From assembly GCA_938074535.1 (NCBI GenBank), contig CALJER010000029.1, positions 1-49,490 of the forward strand: DNA of 49,490 nt, written 5' to 3'. Of the stretch, positions 8,997 through 18,418 are shown in pieces. The translations under genes and the position numbers were made by a program. The stretch is from an uncultured archaeon. GTDB lineage: Archaea; Hadarchaeota; Hadarchaeia; Hadarchaeales; WYZ-LMO6. The notes below the pieces were generated by a model. It was given only the letters and a program-made list of their open reading frames with translations, had not been told where the DNA came from and did no database searches. Every line of letters starts with the position of its first letter. The first letter of the stretch is position 1.

Positions 8997-9350
8997 GTGC
9001 CCCAAGCGAAGGAGGACTGGTACGAGAGGGTGAGGCGGAGGTGGAACTCCAGGTTTAAGGGAAAGGGAGGCTTCAGGGGAAGGGCCCTGGTGGTGCTGGA
9101 CGGGAGGGGGCTCCTGGTGGAGGTGGAGGGGTGGAGGATGGTACGCCTGGGACCACCCTCGGAGGAGGGAGTGGACGTGATCCTCTCCGGACCCTCCGCC
9201 CGCCTGAGGGGAGTGAAGGGGGAGGGGGAGCTGGTGTGGATGGTGATCAACAGGGAGGTGAAGGCGAAGGGGAGGTTCAGGCTTCTCTCCAAAAACCTTC
9301 CCCTCTGGGCGAGGCTCCTCCCCTTCCTCGCCTCCAGCGTTGGGAGGTGA
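8997..9350 (+). CDS. Small protein, possible SCP2-like lipid-binding domain
   Basis: EDW..WNS N-terminus, DVILSG, EVKAKG pattern and size resemble SCP2; TTAATA at ~8969. Confidence 0.4.
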   Translation: MPQAKEDWYERVRRRWNSRFKGKGGFRGRALVVLDGRGLLVEVEGWRMVRLGPPSEEGVDVILSGPSARLRGVKGEGELVWMVINREVKAKGRFRLLSKNLPLWARLLPFLASSVGR

Positions 9351-9354
9351 GGAA

Positions 9355-10827
9355 GTGGAGAGGATGGAAGAAAGGAGCAGGAAGCAGGAGAGTGAGTGGA
9401 GGAGGTGGGTGGAAGAGAGCGGGCTGACGGACATCTGGAGGAGGCTGAGAGGGATCAGCCCCTTCCCGGGCAGGATACCCAGAAACCTGGAGATTTTCCT
9501 GGTCAGACCCTCCTGGCTCCACGCCTTCCGCAGGTTCGGGATGAACAGGGAGGTCTGGAGGAGGCTGAAGTACGAGAACTTCGTGGAGTGGTCCTACAGG
9601 GTGGATCAGGCGGTGGAGACCTCCGCGCGCCTCGCCAGGGCCCCCCCCTCCAGGGAGGAGCTTTACCAGGTGGACAACCTCTGCTACCTCAGCCATCCCC
9701 CGGCGTACCTCTGCAGACCAGACATAGGGAAGAGCACCTGTGAGCTCCTCTACGGAAAATACGCCACCGTGGAGTACGTCCACGTCGATGACTTCACCGG
9801 GGAAATCTACTGGATCAACGGGTACCACAACGAGGACGGCATCCCGGTGCACCGCTGGACGGTGGGGGTCTCTGAAGAGCTCTCCTCCCTCTTCGACGCT
9901 GAGGACGAGGAGGCCTTCTTCACCTCCTCCACCACCAGGACAACGGCCGCGGACAGGAAGGGGCTGGAGGAGAGCCTGAACCTCAGGCATCAGGCCCTGG
10001 GCATCAGGCTGAAGGACATCCCCAAGAGGTACTGGGATACCTACGACTGGGGCGCGGTGCTGAGGGGGGAGCTGGAGGGAATAAAGGCCAGGGCCCTCCC
10101 CCAGTACCCGCACTCCACCCTCTACCTGTCCTGCGTCTCCGCCTACATCAGCATGATCGCGCAGAACGCCCTCACCAGCACCGAGTTCTTCCTCTGGGTC
10201 TACTACGGCCTCAACACCAGGGCCCTGGGGGTCAGGTACAACCTCTTCTCCCACGTCCCCGCACCTCCCCTCTTCAGGACCCTCCTCAACCTTCCCCAGG
10301 AGACCTTCGTGAGGCGCATGGCCCAGCTCTTCCTGGGGGGGCACGACGCCTTCCACAAGCAGGCCTGCGGGAGGAAGAAAACCCCCCACCTCTTCAAGAT
10401 CAGGAAGCTCTTCTTCGAGCGGGGACCCTTCTATCCCCACTCTAAGGGCATCGTCCCACCCTTCGTGATGGCCAGGGTGATCCCCCCCTCCCTGGAGCCC
10501 ATCAACCTAAGGCAGGACCTGGAGACCCCCCCCTCCAAGGAGTTCCTGGAGCTGCTGGAGAGCGAGGCCGGTCTGAACAGGGAGACGGGGGAGCTTCCTC
10601 CCCTGGAGGAGACCTCCAGGTTCCACTTCCTCCTCGATCCTTCGGTGGAGCTCCTCCGCCCCTCCGACTTCCCCCCCATGGACTGGAGCAGGGGACAGGT
10701 CTGGCCCTTCGACCTCACGAGGGAAAAGCTGGAGCTCATGGTGGAGGAGGGCTACGACGGCTCCGGGAAGAACGTGGAGTACTACAGCAGGCTGGCGGAC
10801 AGGAAGATGGGGAAGAAGGTGGACTAG
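9355..10827 (+). CDS. Hypothetical ~490-aa soluble protein, no recognisable family
   Basis: Long ORF with typical host codon usage (AGG, GAG, CTG), SD GGAGGTGA; lies between the SCP2-like and GPN genes. Confidence 0.8.
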   Translation: MERMEERSRKQESEWRRWVEESGLTDIWRRLRGISPFPGRIPRNLEIFLVRPSWLHAFRRFGMNREVWRRLKYENFVEWSYRVDQAVETSARLARAPPSREELYQVDNLCYLSHPPAYLCRPDIGKSTCELLYGKYATVEYVHVDDFTGEIYWINGYHNEDGIPVHRWTVGVSEELSSLFDAEDEEAFFTSSTTRTTAADRKGLEESLNLRHQALGIRLKDIPKRYWDTYDWGAVLRGELEGIKARALPQYPHSTLYLSCVSAYISMIAQNALTSTEFFLWVYYGLNTRALGVRYNLFSHVPAPPLFRTLLNLPQETFVRRMAQLFLGGHDAFHKQACGRKKTPHLFKIRKLFFERGPFYPHSKGIVPPFVMARVIPPSLEPINLRQDLETPPSKEFLELLESEAGLNRETGELPPLEETSRFHFLLDPSVELLRPSDFPPMDWSRGQVWPFDLTREKLELMVEEGYDGSGKNVEYYSRLADRKMGKKVD

Positions 10828-10829
10828 GC

Positions 10830-11558
10830 TTGCCCTACCCCCTCAACTTGGCGGTGCTGGGCACCGCGGGTTCGGGAAAGACCACCCTCACCGGCGCCTT
10901 CGGGAGGTGGATGGAGAGGAGGGGGATGAGGGTGGCCTTCGTGAACCTGGATCCCGGCTGCGAGAGCCTCCCCTTCAAACCCTCCTTCGACGTGCGCCGC
11001 CACTTCACCCTCTGGGGGCTGATGAGGAAGTACGGGCTGGGACCGAACGGCGCCATGGTGAAGGCCTCGGCCCTGCTGGAGAGGAGGGTGGAGACCTTTG
11101 CCAGGGAGATAAGGAAGGCGGGGGCTGAGGTGAGAGTCCTGGATACCCCCGGCCAGCTGGAGGTCTTCCTCTTCCACGGTGGGAGGAAGCTCCTCTCCCT
11201 CCTCGACGGGACCACCCTCTCCCTCTTCCTCTTCGACAGCGCCCTCCTGAAGGACCCCGCCGGCCTTACGCTGGCCAGGCTCCTGAACCTCTCCGTCCAG
11301 CTCAGGCTGGGAGTGCCCACCCTCTGCGTGGTGAACAAAGTGGACCTGCTGGAGGGGGGGTTGGACCTGGAGGACCTGCCCAGGCTGGAGGGGGTTCCGG
11401 GGGTGGAGGCGGAGGTGGCTGGCAGGCTCTCCTCCCTCCTCCGCGAGTTTCTGCCCCCCAGCAGGGTGGTGGGGGTGAGCGCGAAAAAGGGGGAGGGTAT
11501 GGAGAGGCTTTACGACCTGGTGCACGAGACCTTCTGCGCCTGCGGGGACCTCACCTAG
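10830..11558 (+). CDS. GPN-loop GTPase
   Basis: GTAGSGKTT, VNLDPG, LGPNG, DTPGQLE, NKVD, C-terminal CACGDLT. Confidence 0.9.
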   Translation: MPYPLNLAVLGTAGSGKTTLTGAFGRWMERRGMRVAFVNLDPGCESLPFKPSFDVRRHFTLWGLMRKYGLGPNGAMVKASALLERRVETFAREIRKAGAEVRVLDTPGQLEVFLFHGGRKLLSLLDGTTLSLFLFDSALLKDPAGLTLARLLNLSVQLRLGVPTLCVVNKVDLLEGGLDLEDLPRLEGVPGVEAEVAGRLSSLLREFLPPSRVVGVSAKKGEGMERLYDLVHETFCACGDLT

Positions 11559-12823
11559 AGGAGGGCTCCTCCCTTCCTCAGTTCCTGCCTGAGCTCTTCC
11601 GCCGGCAGCTTGGAGGCGGCGAGTCCCTGCAGGGCGCAGAGCGCCGCGGCTGTTCCGCAGGCCTGCCCCGTGGCCATGGAGGGCGCGATGACCCTGGTGG
11701 AGGCCTGGGCCGCGGAGGTGGTGGAGAGGCACCTTCCCCCCACCAGCAGGTTCTCCACCTCCTGGGGAAGGCAGCACCCGTAGGGAATCTCGTACCACTG
11801 GTCCCCCTCCAGCGTGCGGAGCTCGGTGTTCCTGAGGTGGGGAAGATGGCGCTCTATGGGCCAGGCGCACCTGGCCACGGCATCGGGGAACCTGGCTCCG
11901 GAGAGCACCTCCTCCTCCGTCAGCACGTACCTCCCCTTCACCCTCCTGGTCTCCCTCACCCCCACGTGGAAGGCCAGCTCCGAGAGGTAGGCGTTTTCGA
12001 AGCCAGGAATCCTCTCCCTCAGGAAGCGGAGGCACTCCTTCACCTGCTTCCTGCCCTCCAGCTCCGCCCTCGTGAGGGAGTGCACGTCCGTCCCGTCCAA
12101 GGCCACCCTGGAGAAGCCCACCACGAAGTTCCCCTCCCTGGGGAGGGGGATGAGGTTCCCATCCTCCCTGGGAAGATCGTACTCCCCGGAGGCCACGGCC
12201 TCCCTCACCCTCTCCCTGAGCTCCCCGGACAGGAGGAGGGGGATCACCTCCTCCGTCCGCACGTTGGAGACCCTGAACATCATGGAGCCGGCCTGCAGAG
12301 GTTCGGCCTTCTCCACCGGGACCCTCGCCAGGTGGCAGACGTCCGCGTCCCCGGTGGCATCCACGTAGACCTTTCCCTCCAGCTCGAGGGGACCGGACTT
12401 GGTGCAGACCTTCACCGAGGAGAGGCTGCTCCCCTCCCTCTTCACCCCCACCACGGTGGAGTGGAGGAGGAGCTCCACCCCCTCCCTCAGCACCATCTCG
12501 TCCAGCACCAGCCTGAGGGTGGGGGGATCGTAGAGGAGGACCACCATGGCCCCTGACCTCACCGGGCCCATCAGCGCGTCCCCCGCGGAGAGGAGCTCCA
12601 CCATCTCCCACGCTATGCCCTTCACCACCTGCACCTGCTCCGGTCCGGAGGTGTAGAAGCCGCAGAGGGAGCCGTAGAGGCCCGAGGTGGCGGTGCCCCC
12701 CAGGAAGCCGTACCTCTCCACCAGGAGCACGCTCGCCCCCAGGCGCCTGGCGGCCAGGGCGGCGGCGACCCCCGCCGGTCCTCCCCCCAGCACCACCACA
12801 TCCTTCCGCTCCACCCTCTCCAA
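11555..12823 (-). CDS. FAD-dependent oxidoreductase (FAD_oxidored type)
   Basis: DVVVLGGGPAG, LGGTATSG, VDATGDAD, RETRR, NLLVGGRC, GQACG. Confidence 0.85.
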   Translation of the reverse strand: MERVERKDVVVLGGGPAGVAAALAARRLGASVLLVERYGFLGGTATSGLYGSLCGFYTSGPEQVQVVKGIAWEMVELLSAGDALMGPVRSGAMVVLLYDPPTLRLVLDEMVLREGVELLLHSTVVGVKREGSSLSSVKVCTKSGPLELEGKVYVDATGDADVCHLARVPVEKAEPLQAGSMMFRVSNVRTEEVIPLLLSGELRERVREAVASGEYDLPREDGNLIPLPREGNFVVGFSRVALDGTDVHSLTRAELEGRKQVKECLRFLRERIPGFENAYLSELAFHVGVRETRRVKGRYVLTEEEVLSGARFPDAVARCAWPIERHLPHLRNTELRTLEGDQWYEIPYGCCLPQEVENLLVGGRCLSTTSAAQASTRVIAPSMATGQACGTAAALCALQGLAASKLPAEELRQELRKGGALL

Positions 12824-12855
12824 AGCTTTTTTGAGCTGGGGGAATAAAAGAAAAG

Positions 12856-13974
12856 GTGTTGGAGGAGGAAATAAAGGAGAGGGCCAGGAAGGCCGGAGCG
12901 GCCCTCGTGGGGATTACCTCCAGGGAGAGGCTGGAGGGCCACGCCTGCGCCGATCCCTCCTACTACCTCCCCTCCGCCAGATCGGTGGTGAGCTTCGCCG
13001 TTCCCCTGGACAGAAGGGTGGTGAGGGACTACCTGGGGAAAAAGGATCCCTCGGCCAGGAGGGAGATGGCCGTTCTGGAGTACGAGACCTACTGCAGGCT
13101 GGAGGAGATAGGGGAGGAGGTGAAGAGGAAGCTGGAGGAGAGGGGCCACCGGGCGGCCAACTGCGAGAGGAACCTGGACTACAGGAACCACGTGAGGGGC
13201 AGCGACCGATGGGAGGGTGCGAGGATGATAGCGGAGCTGGCGCGGACCGATCCAGAGCATCCCCTCGTCCGGGCACTGAGGTCAGGGGAGGTGGAGGTCT
13301 ACAACCCGGACTACACGCCCACCTTCTCCCACAGGTACGCGGCGGTGGCGGCTGGCCTGGGGAGGCTGGGGTGGAGCGGGAACCTGGTCACGAAGGAGTA
13401 CGGCGCCCTGGTCCTGCTGGGGAGCGTGGTCACGGAGGCGGAGCTGGAGCCCGACCCACAGCTGGAGGAGAATCCCTGCCTGGGATGCAGGAGGTGCGTT
13501 TCCGTCTGTCCCTCCGGTTTTCTGGCGGTGAAGGAGGCGAAGGTGGTCAGGATAGGGGAGGTGGAGGACAGGGTGTGCAGGCACGGAAGCCTCTCCAAGT
13601 GCGTCCTCTGCTGCGGCGGGTTCTCCGGGGGTTCCAGGGAGGGCTGGTCCACCTGGTCCCCCTGGAGGCTGAGGGTGCCCGAGGGCGATGAGGAGGCGGA
13701 CGCCCTCATCCGGAGGACGGTGGTGGAGCACCTCCTCGCAGGCGGGGGAAAGACCGAGAACGTGCTGAGGTTCGCGAAGGGCATCGCCCTGGGGCTGAGG
13801 AAGGAGGTCATGTCGCCGGAGGACTTCGGCCCCACCTGCTCCTTCTGCCAGCTCGTGTGCTGGGGGAGCGAGGAGGAGAGGAGGGAGAACGTGAGGCTCC
13901 TCTTCTCCTCTGGAGTGGTGGAGGAGGAGGGAGGGGGGGTAGGGATAAGGAGGCCCGTGGCGAGGGTGAGCTGA
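12856..13974 (+). CDS. QueG/reductive dehalogenase-like cobalamin/4Fe-4S protein
   Basis: LPSARSVVSF, SHRYAAVAAGLGRLGWSGNLVTKEYG, CLGCRRCVSVCP, CSFCQLVC. Confidence 0.75.
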   Translation: MLEEEIKERARKAGAALVGITSRERLEGHACADPSYYLPSARSVVSFAVPLDRRVVRDYLGKKDPSARREMAVLEYETYCRLEEIGEEVKRKLEERGHRAANCERNLDYRNHVRGSDRWEGARMIAELARTDPEHPLVRALRSGEVEVYNPDYTPTFSHRYAAVAAGLGRLGWSGNLVTKEYGALVLLGSVVTEAELEPDPQLEENPCLGCRRCVSVCPSGFLAVKEAKVVRIGEVEDRVCRHGSLSKCVLCCGGFSGGSREGWSTWSPWRLRVPEGDEEADALIRRTVVEHLLAGGGKTENVLRFAKGIALGLRKEVMSPEDFGPTCSFCQLVCWGSEEERRENVRLLFSSGVVEEEGGGVGIRRPVARVS

Positions 13975-14366
13975 TGGCCTTCTGGATGGATCCCTTCCTG
14001 CTCTTCCTCTGCGGCCTCGCGATTTCCCTGGTGAGGAAGAAGCTCTTCTTCAACAGCCGGATCTTCGCTCCCCTCCTCTTCTCCGTGGTGATTCTTCTCT
14101 TCTGGGTGGTTTCCATAGGGATGTTCTGCAACCTGGGCTTTCTGGAGTGGGCGTGGAAGGGGTGCGGGGCCCAGAGCGGGACCGAGTGGATGATCAACGG
14201 GGGGATCCTCTCCCTGGTGGAGCGGGGTTCTTCCTTCAGCACCCTCTCCCCGCAGGGGATGTTCCTCAGCATCTTCATGTTCGTCCTCTACCCCCTCTAC
14301 CTCTGGCTGGGGATCGCGGCGGGGGAGAGGCTCTTCAGGACACCCCTCGGTTCACGCCCCTCCTGA
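13974..14366 (+). CDS. Small membrane protein (~3 TM helices)
   Basis: ATG overlaps upstream TGA (TGATG); three hydrophobic stretches. Confidence 0.7.
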   Translation: MAFWMDPFLLFLCGLAISLVRKKLFFNSRIFAPLLFSVVILLFWVVSIGMFCNLGFLEWAWKGCGAQSGTEWMINGGILSLVERGSSFSTLSPQGMFLSIFMFVLYPLYLWLGIAAGERLFRTPLGSRPS

Positions 14367-15450
14367 GGAGCTTCTCCACTTCCTCCAGCCCCTCGGAGAG
14401 GAAGCGGGAGGGGGTGAGCCTCTGGGCGGAGAAGGGGGGGAAGCGGGGATGGAGGAGGGAGAAGGTCCTGAAGCGGTCGATCCTGTAGTCCTCCAGGTGC
14501 CCCCAGGTCCCCTCGTGCAGCATGGAGGCCTCCTCGGCCGCCGTCACCGCCGTCCTTCCCGCCTTCCACTCGGCCATGGCCGCCAGGACGGGATCCACCC
14601 TTCCCCTGTCCGCGGAGAAGGCCGCGGAGTACACCAGCCAGCGGGAGGCCTCCACCTCCGTCTTTATCTCCGCAAGCTTGCGCAGGGTGTGGGAGTACTC
14701 CCAGGCGGGCTTCCCGGTGGCTTCCCTCTCCGTGAGGTAGCGCAGGGCCCTCTCCAGGGCCCCCTCTGCCGTCCCCAGGGCCTGCCCCGCCCTCTCTATC
14801 CTGCACAGGGTGAGGAACTCCGACGTCATCCTTGGTTCCCCTCCTTTCTCGCCCAGCACGCTCTCCTCCCACGCCTCCACCCTCACGGCGAGGAGGGTCC
14901 TGCCCTCCGCCTCCCTCACCTCATTTCCCGCGGTCTCCACCAGGAAGAGGGAGGGTAGCCCCTCCACCCACCCCTTCGCCACCAGGTACTCGGGGACGGG
15001 TCCAGGCGGGAGGTCCACCTCCCCCCTCACCTCCATCCTTCCTCCCCTTTCCTCCACCCGGAGGGTTCTTCCCCCCTCGAGCCCGGCGACCCCCATCCTC
15101 GCCCTTCCTTCCGCCAGGGGGCGCAGGCATCTCTCCTTCTGCTCCTCGGTCCCGAACCTCCTCACCAGGTCGCTTCCGAGCGTGGCCGAGGCCAGGGCCT
15201 CCGCCAGGGCCGGATTCCTGCGGGAGAGCTCCTCCTGGATGAGGATGCTGGCCAGCATGTCTGTTCCCGCCCCTCCGTGTTCCTGGGGTATCCTGGACCC
15301 CACCAGCCTGGCCTCGCAGGCCTTCCTCCACACGGCGAAGGGGAACTCCCCCTCCGCAAGCCCGGCCTTCAGGTCGGGGAACTCCCTGAGGGCGAACTCC
15401 CTGGCCAGCCGGCGCACCAGCCTTTCCTTCTCTCCCAGTTCAAGATCCAT
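14335..15450 (-). CDS. Degenerate acyl-CoA dehydrogenase-like protein
   Basis: ACAD N-terminus (IPQEHGGAG, FGTEEQK) and C-terminal helices (REATGKP, KLAEI..EASR) present; TEP..GSD and NG.K..IT motifs absent. Confidence 0.75.
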   Translation of the reverse strand: MDLELGEKERLVRRLAREFALREFPDLKAGLAEGEFPFAVWRKACEARLVGSRIPQEHGGAGTDMLASILIQEELSRRNPALAEALASATLGSDLVRRFGTEEQKERCLRPLAEGRARMGVAGLEGGRTLRVEERGGRMEVRGEVDLPPGPVPEYLVAKGWVEGLPSLFLVETAGNEVREAEGRTLLAVRVEAWEESVLGEKGGEPRMTSEFLTLCRIERAGQALGTAEGALERALRYLTEREATGKPAWEYSHTLRKLAEIKTEVEASRWLVYSAAFSADRGRVDPVLAAMAEWKAGRTAVTAAEEASMLHEGTWGHLEDYRIDRFRTFSLLHPRFPPFSAQRLTPSRFLSEGLEEVEKLLRRGVNRGVS

Positions 15451-17361
15451 CTACACCCTCCAGTTCTCCCAGAGATGGTCGGCGCACCTGGTGGCGAAGG
15501 CCATGATGGAGATCTGCGGGTTCACCCTCACGCACTCCGGGAAGATACTGGCGTCGGCGATGTAAAGATTCTCCAGGTCGTGGCACCTCCCGTAGGAGTC
15601 CACCACCCCCCTCTTGGGGTCGGGGCCCATCCTGCAGGTGCCCTGCGGGTGGTAGGCGGACCAGATGAAATCGGCGGCGCGGACCTTCAGTCCGCCGAGC
15701 CTCTCCAGGTCCTTTCCATCCCTCACCCAGGGCATCCTCGCCATTCCCGTGCACACCTTCTCGGCACCCCCCTCCAGCAGGATCCTGCAGGCCTCCACGA
15801 CCCCCTCCCGCGCCGCCCTGAGGTCCCTCCCCCCCAGCCTGTAGAGGACCAGGGCCTCCATCCCCATCTTCGGCAGTCCGTAGGGGAAGGGGAAGAGGGG
15901 GAGGACCCTTCCGACGGAGTCTGAGTCGTTCACCATCACCCCTATGGATCCCACCTTCCTCCACTCCCCCATCACCTCCATCAGCTCCCTTCCCAGGAAG
16001 GGGGTGGAGAGGGCCCCTATCCCGGGCGGGACGGTGGTGGACTCGAGCATGAAGCCCCTCTCCCTGAAGTCCACCCCGTAGGACTGGGAGACGGTCCTCC
16101 ACCCGTACAGGGCCTCGGGGAAGAAACCCGCGACGAACACGCAGGGATGGATCCTCAGGTTCTGTCCCACCATTCCGCTGGAGTTGGCTATCCGGTTGGC
16201 GAGGAGGAGCACGGGGGTGTAAAGGGCACCGGCGGCAAGCACGTAGATCCTGGCCCTCGCCACGAACCTCCCCACCTTTTCCCCTTTCCTGTTGTAGATC
16301 GCCCCACCCATTCCCACCACCCTTCCCTCCCTCACCTCGATCTGTTGCACCTCAAAGCCCGTGTAGATCCTGGCCCCAGCCCGCGTGGCGAGGGGGAGAT
16401 AGGTCAGGCGCATGTCCTGCTTGGCGTCGATGGGGCATCCGTACTGGCAGACTCCGGTGGCATCGCAGCCCCTGGCGTTCTTCTCGAGGGGCATGCCCCG
16501 GTACCCCAGCCTCCTGGCGCCCTCCGCCACCCTGGCGTGGACCTCCCCCATGAGCTCGAGGGAAACGGGGCGGACCGAAAGGGTCCTCTCCACCCTCTCG
16601 AAGTAGGGCTTCATCTCGGCTGGGGAGAGGCCCTCGAGCCCCCATTCCGTCCACCTCTCCAGCAGCTCGTCGGGGGTCCTGAAGCAGGTGCTGGAGTTGA
16701 TCACGGTGGTCCCTCCCAGGCAGTTTCCCACCGGAAGCATGATGGGGGGCCCGGGCAGCGGGGGGAGGGGGAGGGCGAAGATGGATCCGGAGTTGCGGTA
16801 GAGGAGGGGAATCATCTCCCTCGGTTCCCCCGTAAAGCCCTCCGCCCCGTACCTGAAGCCCCTCTCCACCACGGCCACCCTCAGGCCCTTCTCGGCCAGC
16901 TCCCTGGCCACCACCGCTCCCCCAGCCCCCGAGCCCACCACCAGCACATCGCACTCTATCTCCACCCTCCCCGCACCCCTCTCGAACTCCACCAGGTTCT
17001 CCTCCAGGAGGGGAGGACAGGGGACCCTGGGCTTTCCCCTCTCTATGCTCGTCCCCAGGACCTCCCTTATCTCCGGTCTGGAGGTGTAGGGCAGCACCAC
17101 CAGGGTCTTGAGCAGGGAGAGGAGGGTGCGGAAGAGGAAGGAGCGGCGGTTGAGCCCCTGGAGGAGGGGAGGGGGAAGCTTCTGGAGGAGCAGGCCCAGG
17201 AGGCCGAGCAGCTCCCAGAGGATCCTGAGGAGGGGGAGGGGGAGCCAGCGGAAGACCTCACCCGTGAACTTCTTCACCTCTTCTTCCGCTCCCACCTCCT
17301 CGGCGGCCTTCAGCTCCCCGCAGCCTGGCAGGAGGACGCGCAGGAGGGGGAGGAGGCTCAT
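15451..17361 (-). CDS. GMC oxidoreductase, long-chain alcohol oxidase/dehydrogenase-like
   Basis: DVLVVGSGAGG, LGGTTVINS, CQYGCP, LAAGALYTP, HPQGTCRMG, DASIFP, VNPQISI. Confidence 0.85.
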   Translation of the reverse strand: MSLLPLLRVLLPGCGELKAAEEVGAEEEVKKFTGEVFRWLPLPLLRILWELLGLLGLLLQKLPPPLLQGLNRRSFLFRTLLSLLKTLVVLPYTSRPEIREVLGTSIERGKPRVPCPPLLEENLVEFERGAGRVEIECDVLVVGSGAGGAVVARELAEKGLRVAVVERGFRYGAEGFTGEPREMIPLLYRNSGSIFALPLPPLPGPPIMLPVGNCLGGTTVINSSTCFRTPDELLERWTEWGLEGLSPAEMKPYFERVERTLSVRPVSLELMGEVHARVAEGARRLGYRGMPLEKNARGCDATGVCQYGCPIDAKQDMRLTYLPLATRAGARIYTGFEVQQIEVREGRVVGMGGAIYNRKGEKVGRFVARARIYVLAAGALYTPVLLLANRIANSSGMVGQNLRIHPCVFVAGFFPEALYGWRTVSQSYGVDFRERGFMLESTTVPPGIGALSTPFLGRELMEVMGEWRKVGSIGVMVNDSDSVGRVLPLFPFPYGLPKMGMEALVLYRLGGRDLRAAREGVVEACRILLEGGAEKVCTGMARMPWVRDGKDLERLGGLKVRAADFIWSAYHPQGTCRMGPDPKRGVVDSYGRCHDLENLYIADASIFPECVRVNPQISIMAFATRCADHLWENWRV

Positions 17362-18059
17362 CTTTTCCTCCCCAGCACGAACCTGGGGGTGGACCCCCTC
17401 ATTCCGAAGAGACCCCTCTCCACGCTCACCCTCACCCTCTCACCCTTCCTCAGGGGGACGAGGCTTTCCACCAGGTAGAGGCCTGGCTTCGCGTTGCTTC
17501 TGAGGTCGTACCCCACCCTCACCATGGCCCTCCTGCCCCTCACTTCCTCCACCACACCGTAGGTGAACTCCCTTCCGTACTTCCAGCGGTGGAGGGAATA
17601 GGAGAGCAGGAAGAGGAGGATGAGGGCCAGGGGGAGGAGGAGGGAGGGATAGGGTTCTGTCAGCAGGTGCGGGGGCCAGAGGCGCAGGGTGAGGAGGAGC
17701 CAGGCGAAGGAGAGGCCTAAGAGGGAGAAGGAGAGGTAGGCCGGGTAGTCCTCCCTGAAGGCCCTCCTGAGCTGGGTGAGGGAGAGGTGCAGGAGGTAGA
17801 GGGTGAGGAGGACCATGCAGGTGAGGAGGAGGAAGGGAGGGGGGAGAAGGAAGAGGTAGAGGACGGAGAGCAGGAAGAGAAGAATCAGGGAGAGCTGGAG
17901 TTTGAGCACCACGTACTCAGGCCAGCCCGCGTGCCTCTTCTCGAAGAAGCCCCTCAGGGGTCCCGGGATCTCATCCCTCGCCGCCCTCCTCCTCAGGCGC
18001 GGCCTGGGGAGCCTGGGACGGAGCACCGCCTCCCCCACCCTCCTGAAGAACTCCTTCAC
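17358..18059 (-). CDS. DUF2101-like archaeal membrane protein (pilus-locus associated)
   Basis: Start at GTG 18059 (GTGA overlap); EYVVLKLQL, four TM helices, REFTYGVV, DLRSNAKPG, RGSTP. Confidence 0.6.
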   Translation of the reverse strand: MKEFFRRVGEAVLRPRLPRPRLRRRAARDEIPGPLRGFFEKRHAGWPEYVVLKLQLSLILLFLLSVLYLFLLPPPFLLLTCMVLLTLYLLHLSLTQLRRAFREDYPAYLSFSLLGLSFAWLLLTLRLWPPHLLTEPYPSLLLPLALILLFLLSYSLHRWKYGREFTYGVVEEVRGRRAMVRVGYDLRSNAKPGLYLVESLVPLRKGERVRVSVERGLFGMRGSTPRFVLGRKR

Positions 18060-18418
18060 CTCCCTCCCTCCAGCTCCCAGGAAGAAAAGTATTTCGCCGT
18101 TCCCCCCGGGTCCCTCACCTCCAGCCTGACGGTGGAGTTCTCCAGTGTGAGGGTGACCAGCAGGCCGGTGTACCTCTCGTAGGTTCTGGCTATTCCCCCC
18201 AGCGTCACGTTGTCCAGCTGCATGCGGTAGAGGTCCATCTGCCTCACCAGATTCTCCGCGTCCCTGGCCGTGAACCAGACCCTCTCCGCCACCGCCTTCA
18301 CGGAGAGTCCTTCTTCCCCCCTCTCCATCACCACCAGCAGGCAGGAAGCCAGGAGGAAGGAGGGAAGCACCAGCAGGAGGACCATCCCCGTGAGCACGAA
18401 GCCCCCTTCCTCCCTCAT
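18056..18418 (-). CDS. Pilin-like protein, class III signal peptide-like N-terminus
   Basis: MREEGG|FVLTG + hydrophobic helix; ATGA overlap. Confidence 0.6.
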   Translation of the reverse strand: MREEGGFVLTGMVLLLVLPSFLLASCLLVVMERGEEGLSVKAVAERVWFTARDAENLVRQMDLYRMQLDNVTLGGIARTYERYTGLLVTLTLENSTVRLEVRDPGGTAKYFSSWELEGGR

